From NCBI GenBank assembly GCA_052327205.1, contig CM126208.1:245768001-245832000 (forward strand): a DNA stretch of 64,000 bases, written 5' to 3'. How positions within the stretch are numbered: the first letter of the stretch is position 1; every line of letters starts with the position of its first letter. The position numbers were made by a program, and so were the translations under genes. Positions 1 through 11,298 of this stretch are shown piece after piece. The DNA comes from Somniosus microcephalus (Eukaryota). The notes under the pieces were generated by a model, which was given only the letters and a program-made list of their open reading frames with translations, made no database searches and had not been told where the DNA came from.

Positions 1-333
1 GAGGAGGCATACAACGAAAGCCATCAAGCCACAAGGAACATCATAGAGCAAACGATTGGCGTCCTCAAGCAACGGTTCCGCTGCCTGGATCGTTCCGGCG
101 GATCTCTACAGTATTCGCCGGATAGAGTCTCCCAGTTCGTCGTCGTTTGCTGCATGCTGCACAACCTGGCTATCCGCAGGACTCAGGCACCGCCACCTCG
201 CGTTGGACCACCACCTCAGGAGGATGAGCAGGAGGACCATGAGGAGGAGGAGGAGGAGGAGGAGTACCAGCCCAGGAGGGAGCCACAAGGTCCAAGGGCC
301 GTCCGCCGGCGGCTTATTGAACGACACTTCTAG
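1..333 (+). CDS. C-terminus of PIF/Harbinger DDE transposase (HARBI1-like), 5' part outside the window
   Basis: Frame 1 reads EEAYNESHQATRNIIEQTIGVLKQRFRCLDRSGGSLQYSPDRVSQFVVVCCMLHNLAIRR...RRRLIERHF* (TAG 331-333). The YN..H...R..IE..IG.LK.RFRCL and C..LHN motifs are typical of Harbinger transposases. Not in the ORF track because there is no start codon. Confidence 0.93.
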   Translation, partial: EEAYNESHQATRNIIEQTIGVLKQRFRCLDRSGGSLQYSPDRVSQFVVVCCMLHNLAIRRTQAPPPRVGPPPQEDEQEDHEEEEEEEEYQPRREPQGPRAVRRRLIERHF

Positions 334-446
334 GCCCCCTGTCAGGGAATGGCTTGTGGCAATGAACGCACCTGAATGCAGCCGCTCCGCAAGCCCTCAG
401 CCGGTTAACGCAACAACCACTTGAAACATGACACCTGGACAAGCTG

Positions 447-466
447 AATAAATAAAAAGCTTTATT
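447..466. terminator. Back-to-back poly(A) signals for the two convergent Harbinger genes
   Basis: AATAAATAAA (447-456, + strand) and TTTATT (461-466, i.e. AATAAA on - strand) lie between the transposase stop (333) and the Myb gene stop (675). Confidence 0.65.
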
Positions 467-674
467 TAACAAACTCAGGGCCCTTCCCACATGAAACAGA
501 AAAACAGACAAGACCCCCAAAAGACAGTCAAAAACATATCTCACTCCCACAACCTGGGGAGGAATAACAAAAATCGTCCATCCAATTGGCCTTCATCCTC
601 GGCCTTACCAAAATAAGCCCCCCCCCTCCAGAACACAAACACCCCCATATAAAAAAAACAGTTGGCAACACACT

Positions 675-1879
675 CTACTTGGTGTGCCGAGAGGGCGAGA
701 CCTTGTGCAGGCTTCTCCGGCCCCTGCCCGACCTGTTGCTCCACCTCAACCTGGGCCCTGTGGGTGTTGCAAGGCTGGGGGAAGGCTCCTGAGGGGCACA
801 ATGCATGACGGCAGATGCCCTTGGGGGTCGGCCTAGACGAGGTCCGGCCCTGGAGGGGCCGGCTGCTGACTGCTGCAGCTGTGGCTGGCCAGCATCAGTC
901 TCTCCAGCAGCTCGTCGCACCTTGGCTGGGGGAGTGGCAGTGGCGGCTGCAGCAATGGGGGCAAGCTGGCTGATGCCAGGCGCTCGCTGGTCGCCAGAGA
1001 CACTGGCACTCGGCCGGGCTGGCACTGCAGCAAGCGCAGCAATCTGGTGAAGGCCAGACCGCTGTGCTGCAGCAGGGCGGCGGGTGCCCTGGCGATGCTT
1101 CTGTGACACAGCGAGTGTGGCAGAAGTGAGTGCGCGAACTGCCCTGGTCTGTGCCCGCATCAGATCAGCCAGTGTCTGGACGGCACCACTCATGAACTCG
1201 CGACTCGCGCCCTGTGCTGCCGCGAGTTGGTCGACACCCCTGGCCTGTGCTGCCGCGAGTTGCTCGACACCCCTGGCCTGTGAGTCCCCGAAATTGGCCA
1301 TACTATGAGCCAGGGACTCAATGGCCTGAGGCAACTGTCCCACAACCCCCATGAACTCGTTGTGGCGCCGCTCCGAGGCCGCGGACATTTCATCAAGGAG
1401 GCGCACCTCCTGGGCGAGGACCGTCTCCGGACTGGAGTGCGGACTCTCCCTCTGGGGAGAAGGCCGTCGAGCTGCCCGACCCTTCCCGCGTGCCTGGACG
1501 CCACTGGGCCCAGCAACTGCCCTCCCCTGCAACACTTCCCCCCTCTGGGGAGAAGGCAGCCGTGCTGCCCGACCCTTCCCGCGTGCCTGGACGCCACTGG
1601 GCCCAGGAACTGCCCTCCCCTGCAACACTTCCCCCCTCTGGGGAGAAGGCAGCCGTGCTGCCCGACCCTTCCTGTGTGCCTGGACGCCACTGGGCCCAGG
1701 AGCTACACCCCCCTGCAACACTTCCCCCTGGCTCTCCTCCAGGCAAGACGTGTCCCCTCCATTGCCATCCCTTGGCGCGGATGAGGGTTCCCCCGATGTG
1801 CCGCCTTCCTCTTGGTCCTCGTCGTCCTCCTCTTCCGAGGGACTGGCACTCTCAGCTTCAGGGACCTCCTCCTCACCAG
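675..1879 (-). CDS. Harbinger Myb/SANT-like protein, exon 3 (acidic stretch, repeats, coiled coil)
   Basis: Acceptor cctgctttcAG at 1880. Continues in phase into ORF 675-1721. The three exons total 1605 nt (534 aa + stop) with no frame break. Confidence 0.78.
1444..1730 (-). repeat. About 3 copies of a 90-bp coding tandem repeat (30 aa, GPSGVQARGKGRAARLPSPQRGEVLQGRAV)
   Basis: Direct repeats visible in DNA and protein. A 33-bp repeat (ARGVEQLAAAQ) is also present at about 1210-1281. Confidence 0.9.
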
Positions 1880-2038
1880 CTGAAAGCAGGAAGGCACAAG
1901 AGTAGCTTTAGAGTGAGGACAGGGCATCAGCGAGGGAGGCATGAGTGGTGCCATTATGCGCATTGGTGGGACAGTGGCAAAGGATGTAGATCTGAAGCGC
2001 AAGGGGAACCAGAGAGGTCCAAACGGTCATGTCCTTAC

Positions 2039-2201
2039 CATTGGGTCCCAGCACAGGGTCGGCATCTCCAATAGCAACGGGGCCAGTCACCCGGCCACGC
2101 ATGAGTCGAGCCACGCTCTCCTCCAGCTGACTGAGCTCCTGGAACTGGGCACGGCCTCCCCCGGTGACAGTCTGGCTCTTCAAATTCCGCGCCAGCTTGG
2201 C
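2039..2201 (-). CDS. Harbinger Myb/SANT-like protein, exon 2
   Basis: Acceptor ctcttgcAG at 2202. Reads AKLARNLKSQTVTGGGRAQFQELSQLEE (conserved TGGG motif). Donor GTAAGG at 2038, phase 1. Confidence 0.82.
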
Positions 2202-2432
2202 CTGCAAGAGAAAGGACGGCCTCTAAGTACAGTGTGGTGCCCTGTTGTTGTGTGCACTGCCTCCCATGGTCGAATAGCTTGGCCAGTGTGTTAAGTGCAG
2301 AGAGTGCTATTGATGATCATGCCAGTGCCATAGCTGCGGGAGGAGGGCTGGCCATTAGGCCTTTGAGGTCCCTTTGCCCATAATGTGAGGTGCACATGCA
2401 AGGATGAGGAGGACACTGGAAAGGGTACTCAC

Positions 2433-2669
2433 CCTGACCAACCGACTGAGGTCGTTGTACTTCTTGCGGCATTGGTCACCAGTCCTGGGGACATCGCTCT
2501 TGGCTGACACCCTCTGGGCGATTTCCCTCCAGGCTCTCCTGTACTGCCTCCTGGGAGCCTTCTTGCCACTGTCCGGGCACAAGATCTCTCTGTTCTTTTC
2601 CAACCCCCTAAGCAGCACCCTCAAAGCATGCTCTGAGAAGCGCTGCGCTCGTTCACGGGCCTTCTGCAT
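2433..2669 (-). CDS. Harbinger Myb/SANT-like (trihelix) DNA-binding protein, exon 1
   Basis: MQKARERAQRFSEHALRVLL...AWREIAQRVSAKSDVPRTGDQCRKKYNDLSRLVR is a Myb_DNA-bind_5-type motif. Donor GTGAGT begins at 2432. Confidence 0.88.
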
Positions 2670-3893
2670 GGCTTCAGGCGCTATTTGGGTCCACCAGCAG
2701 TGTTCAGGCCTAGCTGCAGGGCTCCACTATCCAGGGCGTGGCTGCAGACAAAGTCGACCCTTCCCCCTTTAAGAGCTGGCCGGCGTCAGGGTGTCTGCTG
2801 TCAATCAAAACATGACCGCACCTGCGCTGCGCCCGGCCCCGGCGTTATCAGTCCGCACCGCCGGCTTAGCGCCTAAAGATAGGAGTGCAACGCCAGTTTC
2901 AGCGCTCGCCCAAACTCCTTGGCCAAAGCTACTGAATTTCGGCGAAGTGGCCTCCACTTTCCGGCGGGCGCTAACTTTAGCGCCCGCCCGACTTTACTGC
3001 CCCAAAAGTGGCTATACTGAATTTCTAGGCCAATGACTATGAAGCACTTTGGGATGTCCTGAGGTCATGAAAGGTGCTAGATGAAGGCAGGTTTGTTCTC
3101 CTTAACAGGTCATATCAGTTGCAGTAATACAGGTTAGTCACAGGTACAGGGATAACTGCAGCTTAGAGGTAATGGTTTACATTTCCTCTCTGTCGCCAAG
3201 CTTAACAGCATAAAATGTGTCAGTCAGTACCTATAGAATTTAGAATTTTTACTAATAGTCTATTGTCAGCAGGATCTAGATGCAAACCAGCACCCAAGCT
3301 GTCATTTCAGTTTCAGTGCTTTGAGTTACGACCTTATTACCCTTCGTTAACATGCAATGGAAAATGTTTCAGATGATATGCAAAAAATGTGGGAGGACTT
3401 CATTTTTCAATTGCCTGTTGATACTGAGCAAATGTTTTTAGAATGCTTTGAACTATGGTCTCGCTATTCTTGATAAATGTACATTTTTAAGTTAACTGGA
3501 TAACATTTTTCTAGGGCAATGAAGACTCTCCTAATCAGTTCTTTACCTGAACAGCCAAACTCATTTTATGCATCAATTACTCCCTGGTACCTCACCCAAC
3601 TGGTCCTTTATCATGTGTGAGTTAACACAGTAAATGTTGACAGGCTATTAAGCAGTGGGGACATCACAGCCCTGTCCAACCCCCTCCTCACAGAAATAAC
3701 ATTGAGCATACAAAACTAAACCAACTGCCACCTTTTTTTCCGCAGGTTAGAATTATTTAGCATGTGCTTTAGAATGAAATAAAACCGCGTATGTATGCAT
3801 GGAGGGGAAGAGAGGGAATTGCTGCTGTAAAACATTGTACCGTTGAACGTACATCCATCACCTCGTTGTGGGGCAGTTGAGTACATAAACATT

Positions 3894-4245
3894 GGATCTG
3901 AAATTGTGGTCAGAGGCCTCCCGCAGGCGAATGCCTCTGATCTGCAAGAAAACTCCGCACCTACCTGGTGCCTCCATATCTTCAGACTCTTGCGGTCCTG
4001 GACCTGCAGGCATACGCCTGCGTAAAGACCCACGTATCCCAGGGGCGCATGTGGTTCGCAAGCGTCCCTGGGATCACATGGGCCGGCCCAATCATTCAAA
4101 TATGGGGATTCCCATTATGTTTATGGGGATTCCATTTACATACGGAATCCCCATAGCATAATAGGAATACCATAAAAAAAACATATTCACACAACCTAAA
4201 TAAAAATAATCACCATGTTTAAAATTTCATGTAATTAAACATTTA
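3894..4245. mobile_element. Partial Harbinger-type MITE related to 6685-7443
   Basis: gtatcccaggggcgca...gcgtccctgggatc (4035-4076) matches the reverse complement of 7258-7304. Truncated by a CR1 3' fragment at about 4245-4330. Confidence 0.55.
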
Positions 4246-4339
4246 GAAACATAGAAGATAGGAGCAGGAGTAGGCCATTCGGCCCTTCGAGCCCGCTCCG
4301 CCATTCAATGAGATCATGGCTGATCATCCAAACCCAAGC

Positions 4340-5147
4340 TCTGTTGCCATAATATTTAACAAGTTGATTTTGATGCAGTAGTGGATGCGTCTGAATAAAT
4401 TAATTACAGGAGTTAAAAAGCAGTTCAATGTTTGGTAATTGATCGATTTGTAATACTTTTCTTTCCCTGACTGTCAAAACTATACGGCAGAGCGATGTTC
4501 TAAAGAAGACTCCTTTATCTAATATGAGCTGGGGGGGCCCGGCGTTGCCAGGGTTTTTTTGGGCATGGTCGATGTCTGGGCTGGGAGCCTGGGACTGGAT
4601 TTGGGCTGTCGGCAGTTGGAGAAGCCTAGGCCCCGGGGCCTCGGGTATTTTCCACTGTTTTTTAACCTAAACATTTCTAACTTTTAATACCTTCAAAGAT
4701 GAAAGTTAAAGTACTTATAAAACATTTTTGGTAAATCTTACTTTTTTTGAAAAAGATACTGACCTCGATTACCATATTTTTAGCTTTAGGCCCGGCTGGT
4801 GTGTAATGGCTGCCAGATCCCTGAGCTGAGAATGATTAGTCCCGCCCAACCACCAGGTGACTGAACTGTAGGATTGGTCAATCATCACGTCACAGGATTG
4901 GTCAACCTTCACGTCACTCAATGCTAATGAGTGGATAATGAGTGGAATTTTGAAGGTTTTTGAAGGGTTTTTGTTTACTGCCTGAACAATTTTTGTCTGA
5001 GCAAAAAGTAAATATGCTTATGAGGTTTCGATAATCATAAGCTTTCTTTTGATATAACACATGTGTAGGTACGCTCTATAGCTTTTGATTGTATAGCCGG
5101 ACAGACAGAAAGACAGACAGAAAGACAGACCATTTTTTATATATAGA
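4340..5147 (-). mobile_element. Non-autonomous Helitron, 5' part (left boundary approximate)
   Basis: Minus strand starts A|TCTATATATA followed by a (GTCT)n-like tract. 4780-5147 is homologous to the inverted 8504-8900. Confidence 0.6.
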
Positions 5148-5912
5148 TGTGCACCAAAAGGTTTCTTGCACGCTAGCCCATGAATGTCTATTTTGATCAT
5201 GGATTTTCTATTTCTTCCTTTGAATCATATGGTTTCGACATTTGAAACAAATGCCAACTAGTCTCTAACCAAAATAAATAGAGTTAGTGATGCGCAGTTT
5301 TACAGAGAGACTAGCCTCATAGGGGGATGAAAGGGTGTTGTGATAATGCCACCTCAAAAGCTGTAAATTTCCTGACCTTAGCCTTGAAAGTAGCTGCATA
5401 TGGTTTTCAATGGTAACCAGTAGAAGTATGGCCATAGTGTCTTCAGTGATACCACAAACACAGGTCAAAACAGTTTGCAACAAATACACAATGTTTCAGA
5501 CCATATGAGACTTACTAATTAAAATATACATAACATCCCAGTCCCAAAAGATGAATACTTGGCAACGCAAATGTTCATTTCCCAAATTTTAGCTTGGTGG
5601 TAATTTCATTTGGTAGGGGGGGCAAGGCAATAAATTAACACTTTCTTCACACAGGCCATACTTTAGGCTTGCAAGGCAACATTATACATACCAAATTGTA
5701 TGTTAGGCAGTAGAAGCTGTGTTTTATTTCATGACTGAACACTATATAATTCATGAATGCTGTACCTATTAGAAAGCTACTAAGCCACATTTCTACTGCT
5801 GAAAGCATTATAAACATTAACAAAAGAAAGTGTACAACAGTGACTACACTTCAAATAGTACTTCATTGCCTGTAAAGCGCGTTGGGATGCCCTGAGGTCA
5901 TGAAAGACACTA

Positions 5913-6248
5913 CAGGAAACTTTGGTTTATCCGGAGGTTATATGTCCAGAATACTCGATCTAACGGCAAAAATCAGGAGCCGTTTTCTATAAGTTTTTTT
6001 AGTTCTCGTTGCTTTTTTTTTCCCAGTCAGGCACTGCAAGGTCTGTAGCTATAGCAACAGCTTCAGCTAGAGACGCTTGCAGCTGCAGCTGACTGATTTG
6101 AAGCTGTTGCTAAGCAACAGGGTTTGTTGATTCACATGGAGCTTTTCAGTTCCGTATGTTTCAACATTTTAACGCTGGTATGTCCGGCACTTTTGATGGT
6201 ACAGCACCAGCTCGGTCCTGTCAGTGCCGGATATCAGAAAGTTTCCTG
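5913..6248. mobile_element. Tc1/mariner-pogo (Tigger-like) MITE inserted in a SINE tail
   Basis: TIRs caggaaacttt...tatccgg / ccggata...aaagtttcctg. TA target duplication at 5911-12 and 6249-50. Flanks rejoin to a SINE tail (gaaagacac-ta-taaatgcaa). Confidence 0.85.
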
Positions 6249-6684
6249 TATATAAATGCAAACTCTTTCTTCTTTCATTACATCATTAACAAGGGCTGAA
6301 CATATAAATATTTGCCTTTTTTGTCACTTTCACTGAGGCTCATGAATCTATTTCTGGAGGGTAGGAATCCTCAGAGCAGCATTGAACACAGACCGATTTC
6401 CACCAGTTCAGAGATGTCCACCTATGGCCCCTGAACCCTGGCAGTTCAGTCGTTAACGCCCTGATCATTCAGATCTATTTACACTTATATTTGTTACTCA
6501 TTGATTTGTCCTGTTCGAGTGTCATGGGCCTGCTGGTTTGGTGAGGCTGTTCTGAGCACCATTGGTGGATAAATCCTAAATCACAGCACCAAGATCTGTT
6601 AGTATGAATAACTTGAGATAGATGTAAATTAATGGGAACATTGACTTCAATGTATATGTGGTCCCAGACTCCATAGTATATAAC

Positions 6685-7443
6685 GGCCCAGAAATTCGGG
6701 TCTCCACGGGTGAGTACGCACGGGGTACTCACCCGTAGACCCAATGGAAGTGCCGATTTCCTGCATGCACTGCGCATGCGCGGGAAATCGGCACTTCCGT
6801 TCCTCTGAACGAAGGGGTTCAGAGGTCGAACGCGTGCGCGGGGGAGGCTGCGCGTGCACATCGAACTTCATTTTTTTTTACAGGTTTTCCTGGGAGGGTA
6901 AGCCTGCAGAAGTTAGAAATATAAAAAGCAGGCGTAAGGCCTGCTTTTTACAAGGTAAGTGGTGAATTAATTAAAATTAAAACATTTTTTCCACAGGTTT
7001 ATTATTTTTAAATACTTTAAAGCAAGGTAAGTTTATTTTTAGCCCCGTTAGAAAATAAAATTATTTTTTTCAAAAATTTAAATTATTGTTTATAATAGTT
7101 ATTTCATGTAATTTATAGTTTATTTAAAAAATGTGATTTTTAAAAAATTTATTTGAAGCTTTAGTGCTATTTTGGGGCCATAGTATTTATAAGTCTTGAC
7201 AGCACTTCCGGTCAGACTTATGAATGGAGCATTCCCTGCTCCGGCTGCCCATGGCTCACGGGATCCCAGGGGACGCATCGAACTAACTGCGCCCCTGGGA
7301 TACGCAAGCACTGCGCGCCGGCAGCTGGACCAAGCCCTGGATCGGAATTCCATGCGGGCCCACAGCTCAACGGCCAGCGCGCAAGGTAAGTGCAGGTCGG
7401 GGGCTTGCACCCGTGGGAAGCCCCTGACCCGAATTTCTGGGCC
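6685..7443. mobile_element. PIF/Harbinger MITE
   Basis: Perfect 18-bp TIRs ggcccagaaattcgggtc / gacccgaatttctgggcc, similar to the Harbinger terminus at 3019-3031. Confidence 0.85.
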
Positions 7444-7864
7444 AGTACTATACGACCAACAAAGACAAAAAGCTTGTTCATCTCTTCATTAATGCGGTCT
7501 CGCAGCATTACAACCACTCGCCACTCGTCTATTTTGTTGTTACAGTTAGCAGAGAGAGGAAAACATGGTCGCAGACCCAGAATAAAAATTGCCAATCGTG
7601 GCAAATGATCTTTCAACACAAATTGCACACAGAATTGCGCTCCGGTTTGAATTGGAACTGTCATGTTCTTTTTTTCCCTCAGTCTTATATTCTTCTGTTG
7701 GTGTGCAGCGACTCCTCAGATGCCAGCTGGCTTCAATGTTTCACCCAAGTGGCCACTGTTAACATGCAAGCCAAGGCGGTGGGTATGAAAAAGCTACTCA
7801 ACAGGTTGAGCATCAATGCCAAGTAGGGTTGCCAACCCTTCCGGATTCATCTCCAGAACATGGC

Positions 7865-8232
7865 TGAAACATACCAAATTCTTACAGGGTAGATGCAGGG
7901 AGGATGTTTCCTCTGGCTGGGGAGTCTAGAACCAGGGGTCACAGTCTCCAAATAAGGGGTCGGCCATTTAGGACTGAGATGAGGAGAAATTTCTTCTTTC
8001 AGAGGGTAGTAAATCTTTGGAATTCTCTACCCCATAGGGCTGTGGAGACCCAGTCGTTGAGTATATTCAAGACAGAGATCGATAGATTTTTGGGCACAAA
8101 GGGAATCAAGGGATATGGGGATAGTGCAGGAAAGTGGAGATGAGGTAGAAGATCAGCCATGATCTTATTGAATGGCGGAGGAGGCTTGAAGGGCCAAATG
8201 GCCTACTCCTGCTCCTATTTCTTATGTTCTTA
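7865..8232 (+). mobile_element. CR1 LINE 3' fragment
   Basis: FPLAGESRTRGHSLQIRGRPFRTEMRRNFFFQRVVNLWNSLP is the CR1 ORF2 C-terminus, followed by the typical 3' UTR (gaatggcggag...ggcctactcctgctcct). Confidence 0.9.
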
Positions 8233-8503
8233 TGGGAGCAATCCAGGAGAAAAATTATAGTGGCATCAAAAAAAAAAAATTTTCTTTCAACATTTTTGTC
8301 TATTGGGAATGAAAAGGCTGTTTGACTGACAGTCAAGAATCATCCAATTGCATAACAAAGAGTGTTCGCTTTCCAATTGGCTCAATGGGAAATTGGCTCA
8401 GATTGGCTTTCTCACCCGGAGCAGAGGTTGAACATGAGACCTTCCTGGTCTATATAGCTCAGTACTGTACCCTCTGGTGCATTTAGCCTTTCGCGAGGCA
8501 ACA

Positions 8504-10953
8504 TCTATCTATATATATGTAAAAGGATCGTGGTGTCTGTCTGTCTGTCTGTCTGTCTGTCCGGGCATCACTCAAAAGTTATAGAGCGTAACTACACATA
8601 TGTTATATCAAAAGAAAGCTTATGATTAGGGGAGTCTCATAGGCATATTTACTTTTTGGTCAGACAAAAATTGTTCAGACAGTATACAAAAAACGTTGAG
8701 AAAATGGACAAAATTCGCTCATTAGCGGTTGACCAATCCTACCGCTCATTAGCGTTGAGTGACGTGATGGTTGACCAATTGGGGGGCATTTCATGGCGTT
8801 TGTGGGCAGGGCCTAATCCTTCAAACTGCCGAGCGGGAGCTGAGCTGAGGTGAGTGGCGGCCATTAAAGACCAGCCGGGCCTAAAGCTAAAAAAATGGTA
8901 ATGGAGGTGAGGAAATTGTTGATTCATTAGTATTGATTCAAGAATTTCTCTCTCTCTCTCTCTCCTTCCCCCCCTCTCTCTCTCTCTCTCTCCCGAAGCG
9001 GGAGCTCAGCTGAGGTGAGTCGCGGCCCGAGAGCCCAGCCGGGCCTGAAGCGCTAGGTCGCGCACGGTCACCGCGGCCTACCTCTAAGTCCTTCACCCCA
9101 CCCTCTCTCTCTCTCCTTCCCCCCCCTCTCTCTCTCTCCTCTACCCTCTCTCTCTCTCTCTCCTCTTCCCTCTCTCTCTCTCCTTCCCCCTCTCTCTCTT
9201 GCCGTTAGTGCGGGACCGGGAAAACCGGGGCTTTCCAACGAGCCGTCCCCAACCTAAATCGGACACGGGAGTCCGGAGCGAAAGGCCTTCCATTGCCGCC
9301 CGGCCAACCGGGTCCAAAGGCCCGCCTGGTTAAACATGAGGAACCCCAGGCTCGCTTCTGAGCGATGGGCACCCGGCCTCCCGGTGTCGGATATATTCCG
9401 TTCTGGTAACGAGGTGAGTCGGAGGGAGAGGAGAGGGGGAGAGGGAGAGGGAGAGAGAGCGGGGAGGGAGGGAGAGAGAGTGGGGAGGGAGGGGGAGAGA
9501 GAGAGAGCGGGGAGGGAGGGAGAGNNNNNNNNNNNNNNNNNNNNNNNNNNNNNNNNNNNNNNNNNNNNNNNNNNNNNNNNNNNNNNNNNNNNNNNNNNNN
9601 NNNNNNNNNNNNNNNNNNNNNNNNNNNNNNNNNNNNNNNNNNNNNNNNNNNNNNNNNNNNNNNNNNNNNNNNNNNNNNNNNNNNNNNNNNNNNNNNNNNN
9701 NNNNNNNNNNNNNNNNNNNNNNNNNNNNNNNNNNNNNNNNNNNNNNNNNNNAGGGGCAGGNNNNNNNNNNNNNNNNNNNNNNNNNNNNNNNNNNNNNNNN
9801 NNNNNNNNNNNNNNNNNNNNNNNNNNNNNNNNNNNNNNNNNNNNNNNNNNNNNNNNNNNNNNNNNNNNNNNNNNNNNNNNNNNNNNNNNNNNNNNNNNNN
9901 NNNNNNNNNNNNNNNNNNNNNNNNNNNNNNNNNNNNNNNNNNNNNNNNNNNNNNNNNNNNAGGGGCAGGGAGAGAGAGGGGCAGGGAAAGAGAGAGGGGA
10001 GAGAGAGAGCAGCAGGGAGAGAGAGGGGGAGGGAGAGAGAGAGGGGGAGGGAGGGAAAGAGTGAAGGGGTGGGAGAGGAGGGAGAGCTCGCCTTCTTCCT
10101 TCCTTCGGCCGCCGCAATTCAAACTTCCCGCAGACCTCACAAAATGGCGGCCGCCCTTCTTCACCCGCCGGGCTCTGAGTCCAGCCCCTTCCCCAGGGTG
10201 TCTTCCTCTCTTCTCTNNNNNNNNNNNNNNNNNNNNNNNNNNNNNNNNNNNNNNNNNNNNNNNNNNNNNNNNNNNNNNNNNNNNNNNNNNNNNNNNNNNN
10301 NNNNNNNNNNNNNNNNNNNNNNNNNNNNNNNNNNNNNNNNNNNNNNNNNNNNNNNNNNNNNNNNNNNNNNNNNNNNNNNNNNNNNNNNNNNNNNNNNNNN
10401 NNNNNNNNNNNNNNNNNNNNNNNNNNNNNNNNNNNNNNNNNNNNNNNNNNNNNNNNNNNNNNNNNNNNNNNNNNNNNNNNNNNNNNNNNNNNNNNNNNNN
10501 NNNNNNNNNNNNNNNNNNNNNNNNNNNNNNNNNNNNNNNNNNNNNNNNNNNNNNNNNNNNNNNNNNNNNNNNNNNNNNNNNNNNNNNNNNNNNNNNNNNN
10601 NNNNNNNNNNNNNNNNNNNNNNNNNNNNNNNNNNNNNNNNNNNNNNNNNNNNNNNNNNNNNNNNNNNNNNNNNNNNNNNNNNNNNNNNNNNNNNNNNNNN
10701 NNNNNNNNNNNNNNNNNNNNNNNNNNNNNNNNNNNNNNNNNNNNNNNNNNNNNNNNNNNNNNNNNNNNNNNNNNNNNNNNNNNNNNNNNNNNNNNNNNNN
10801 NNNNNNNNNNNNNNNNNNNNNNNNNNNNNNNNNNNNNNNNNNNNNNNNNNNNNNNNNNNGACAAACTCATTTATATATATATATAAATTATTTCTACTTT
10901 TCATAACAACATGCCCTCAAAAAACCCTCGGTACCGCTGGGCACTCCAGCTCG
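8504..10953 (+). mobile_element. Non-autonomous Helitron (spans assembly gaps)
   Basis: 5' A|TC-TATCTATATAT plus (GTCT)n. 3' GCTGGGCACTCCAG hairpin plus CTCG|T (variant of CTAG|T; the sister end at 40701 has CTAG). Internal CT/GA microsatellites. Confidence 0.7.
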
Positions 10954-11298
10954 TTTTAAATAAATCAGTTCTAGAGAATTGAGATAATTATGACATAAAA
11001 TCAGGCATTTTTATCTATTATTGATTGAGTAGCTGTTCCTTTAAATCCAGTCACGGAACATTATCAAAATTCCAGTTACTAATCGATTATGGTTGCGCTG
11101 GTTTATGGGAGATATTACATTCGGGCATATGGTAATGAGTTTGAACGGAAACCCGGGCATAAATCCACCTTGGCAAAACTGGCGCAGTGTCCAGCGCATT
11201 CTGGGTGCATTTTACAGAATGCACCTTTAGCGGAAACTCAAGGCTACAAAACAAATGTATTTAAAGCTCTGTACCAAGCTTATTTTGACAATGTTGTA

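Larger units (their letters stand above)
1..3031. mobile_element. PIF/Harbinger DNA transposon, right portion (transposase + convergent Myb/SANT gene), ending in TIR GAATTTCTAGGCC
   Basis: Two convergent Harbinger genes. GC-rich subterminal region 2750-3030. Terminus resembles the TIRs of the MITEs at 6685-7443 and 56018-60526. Followed directly by a SINE 3' tail (about 3035-3100) that it appears to interrupt. Confidence 0.88.

Noticed and set aside
1190-2074. Overlapping alternative-frame ORFs
   Set aside because: Shadows of the GC-rich 90-bp repeat in the Myb exon.
9205-10959. Long ORFs of 240-540 aa
   Set aside because: Artefacts of N-runs and GA/CT microsatellites.
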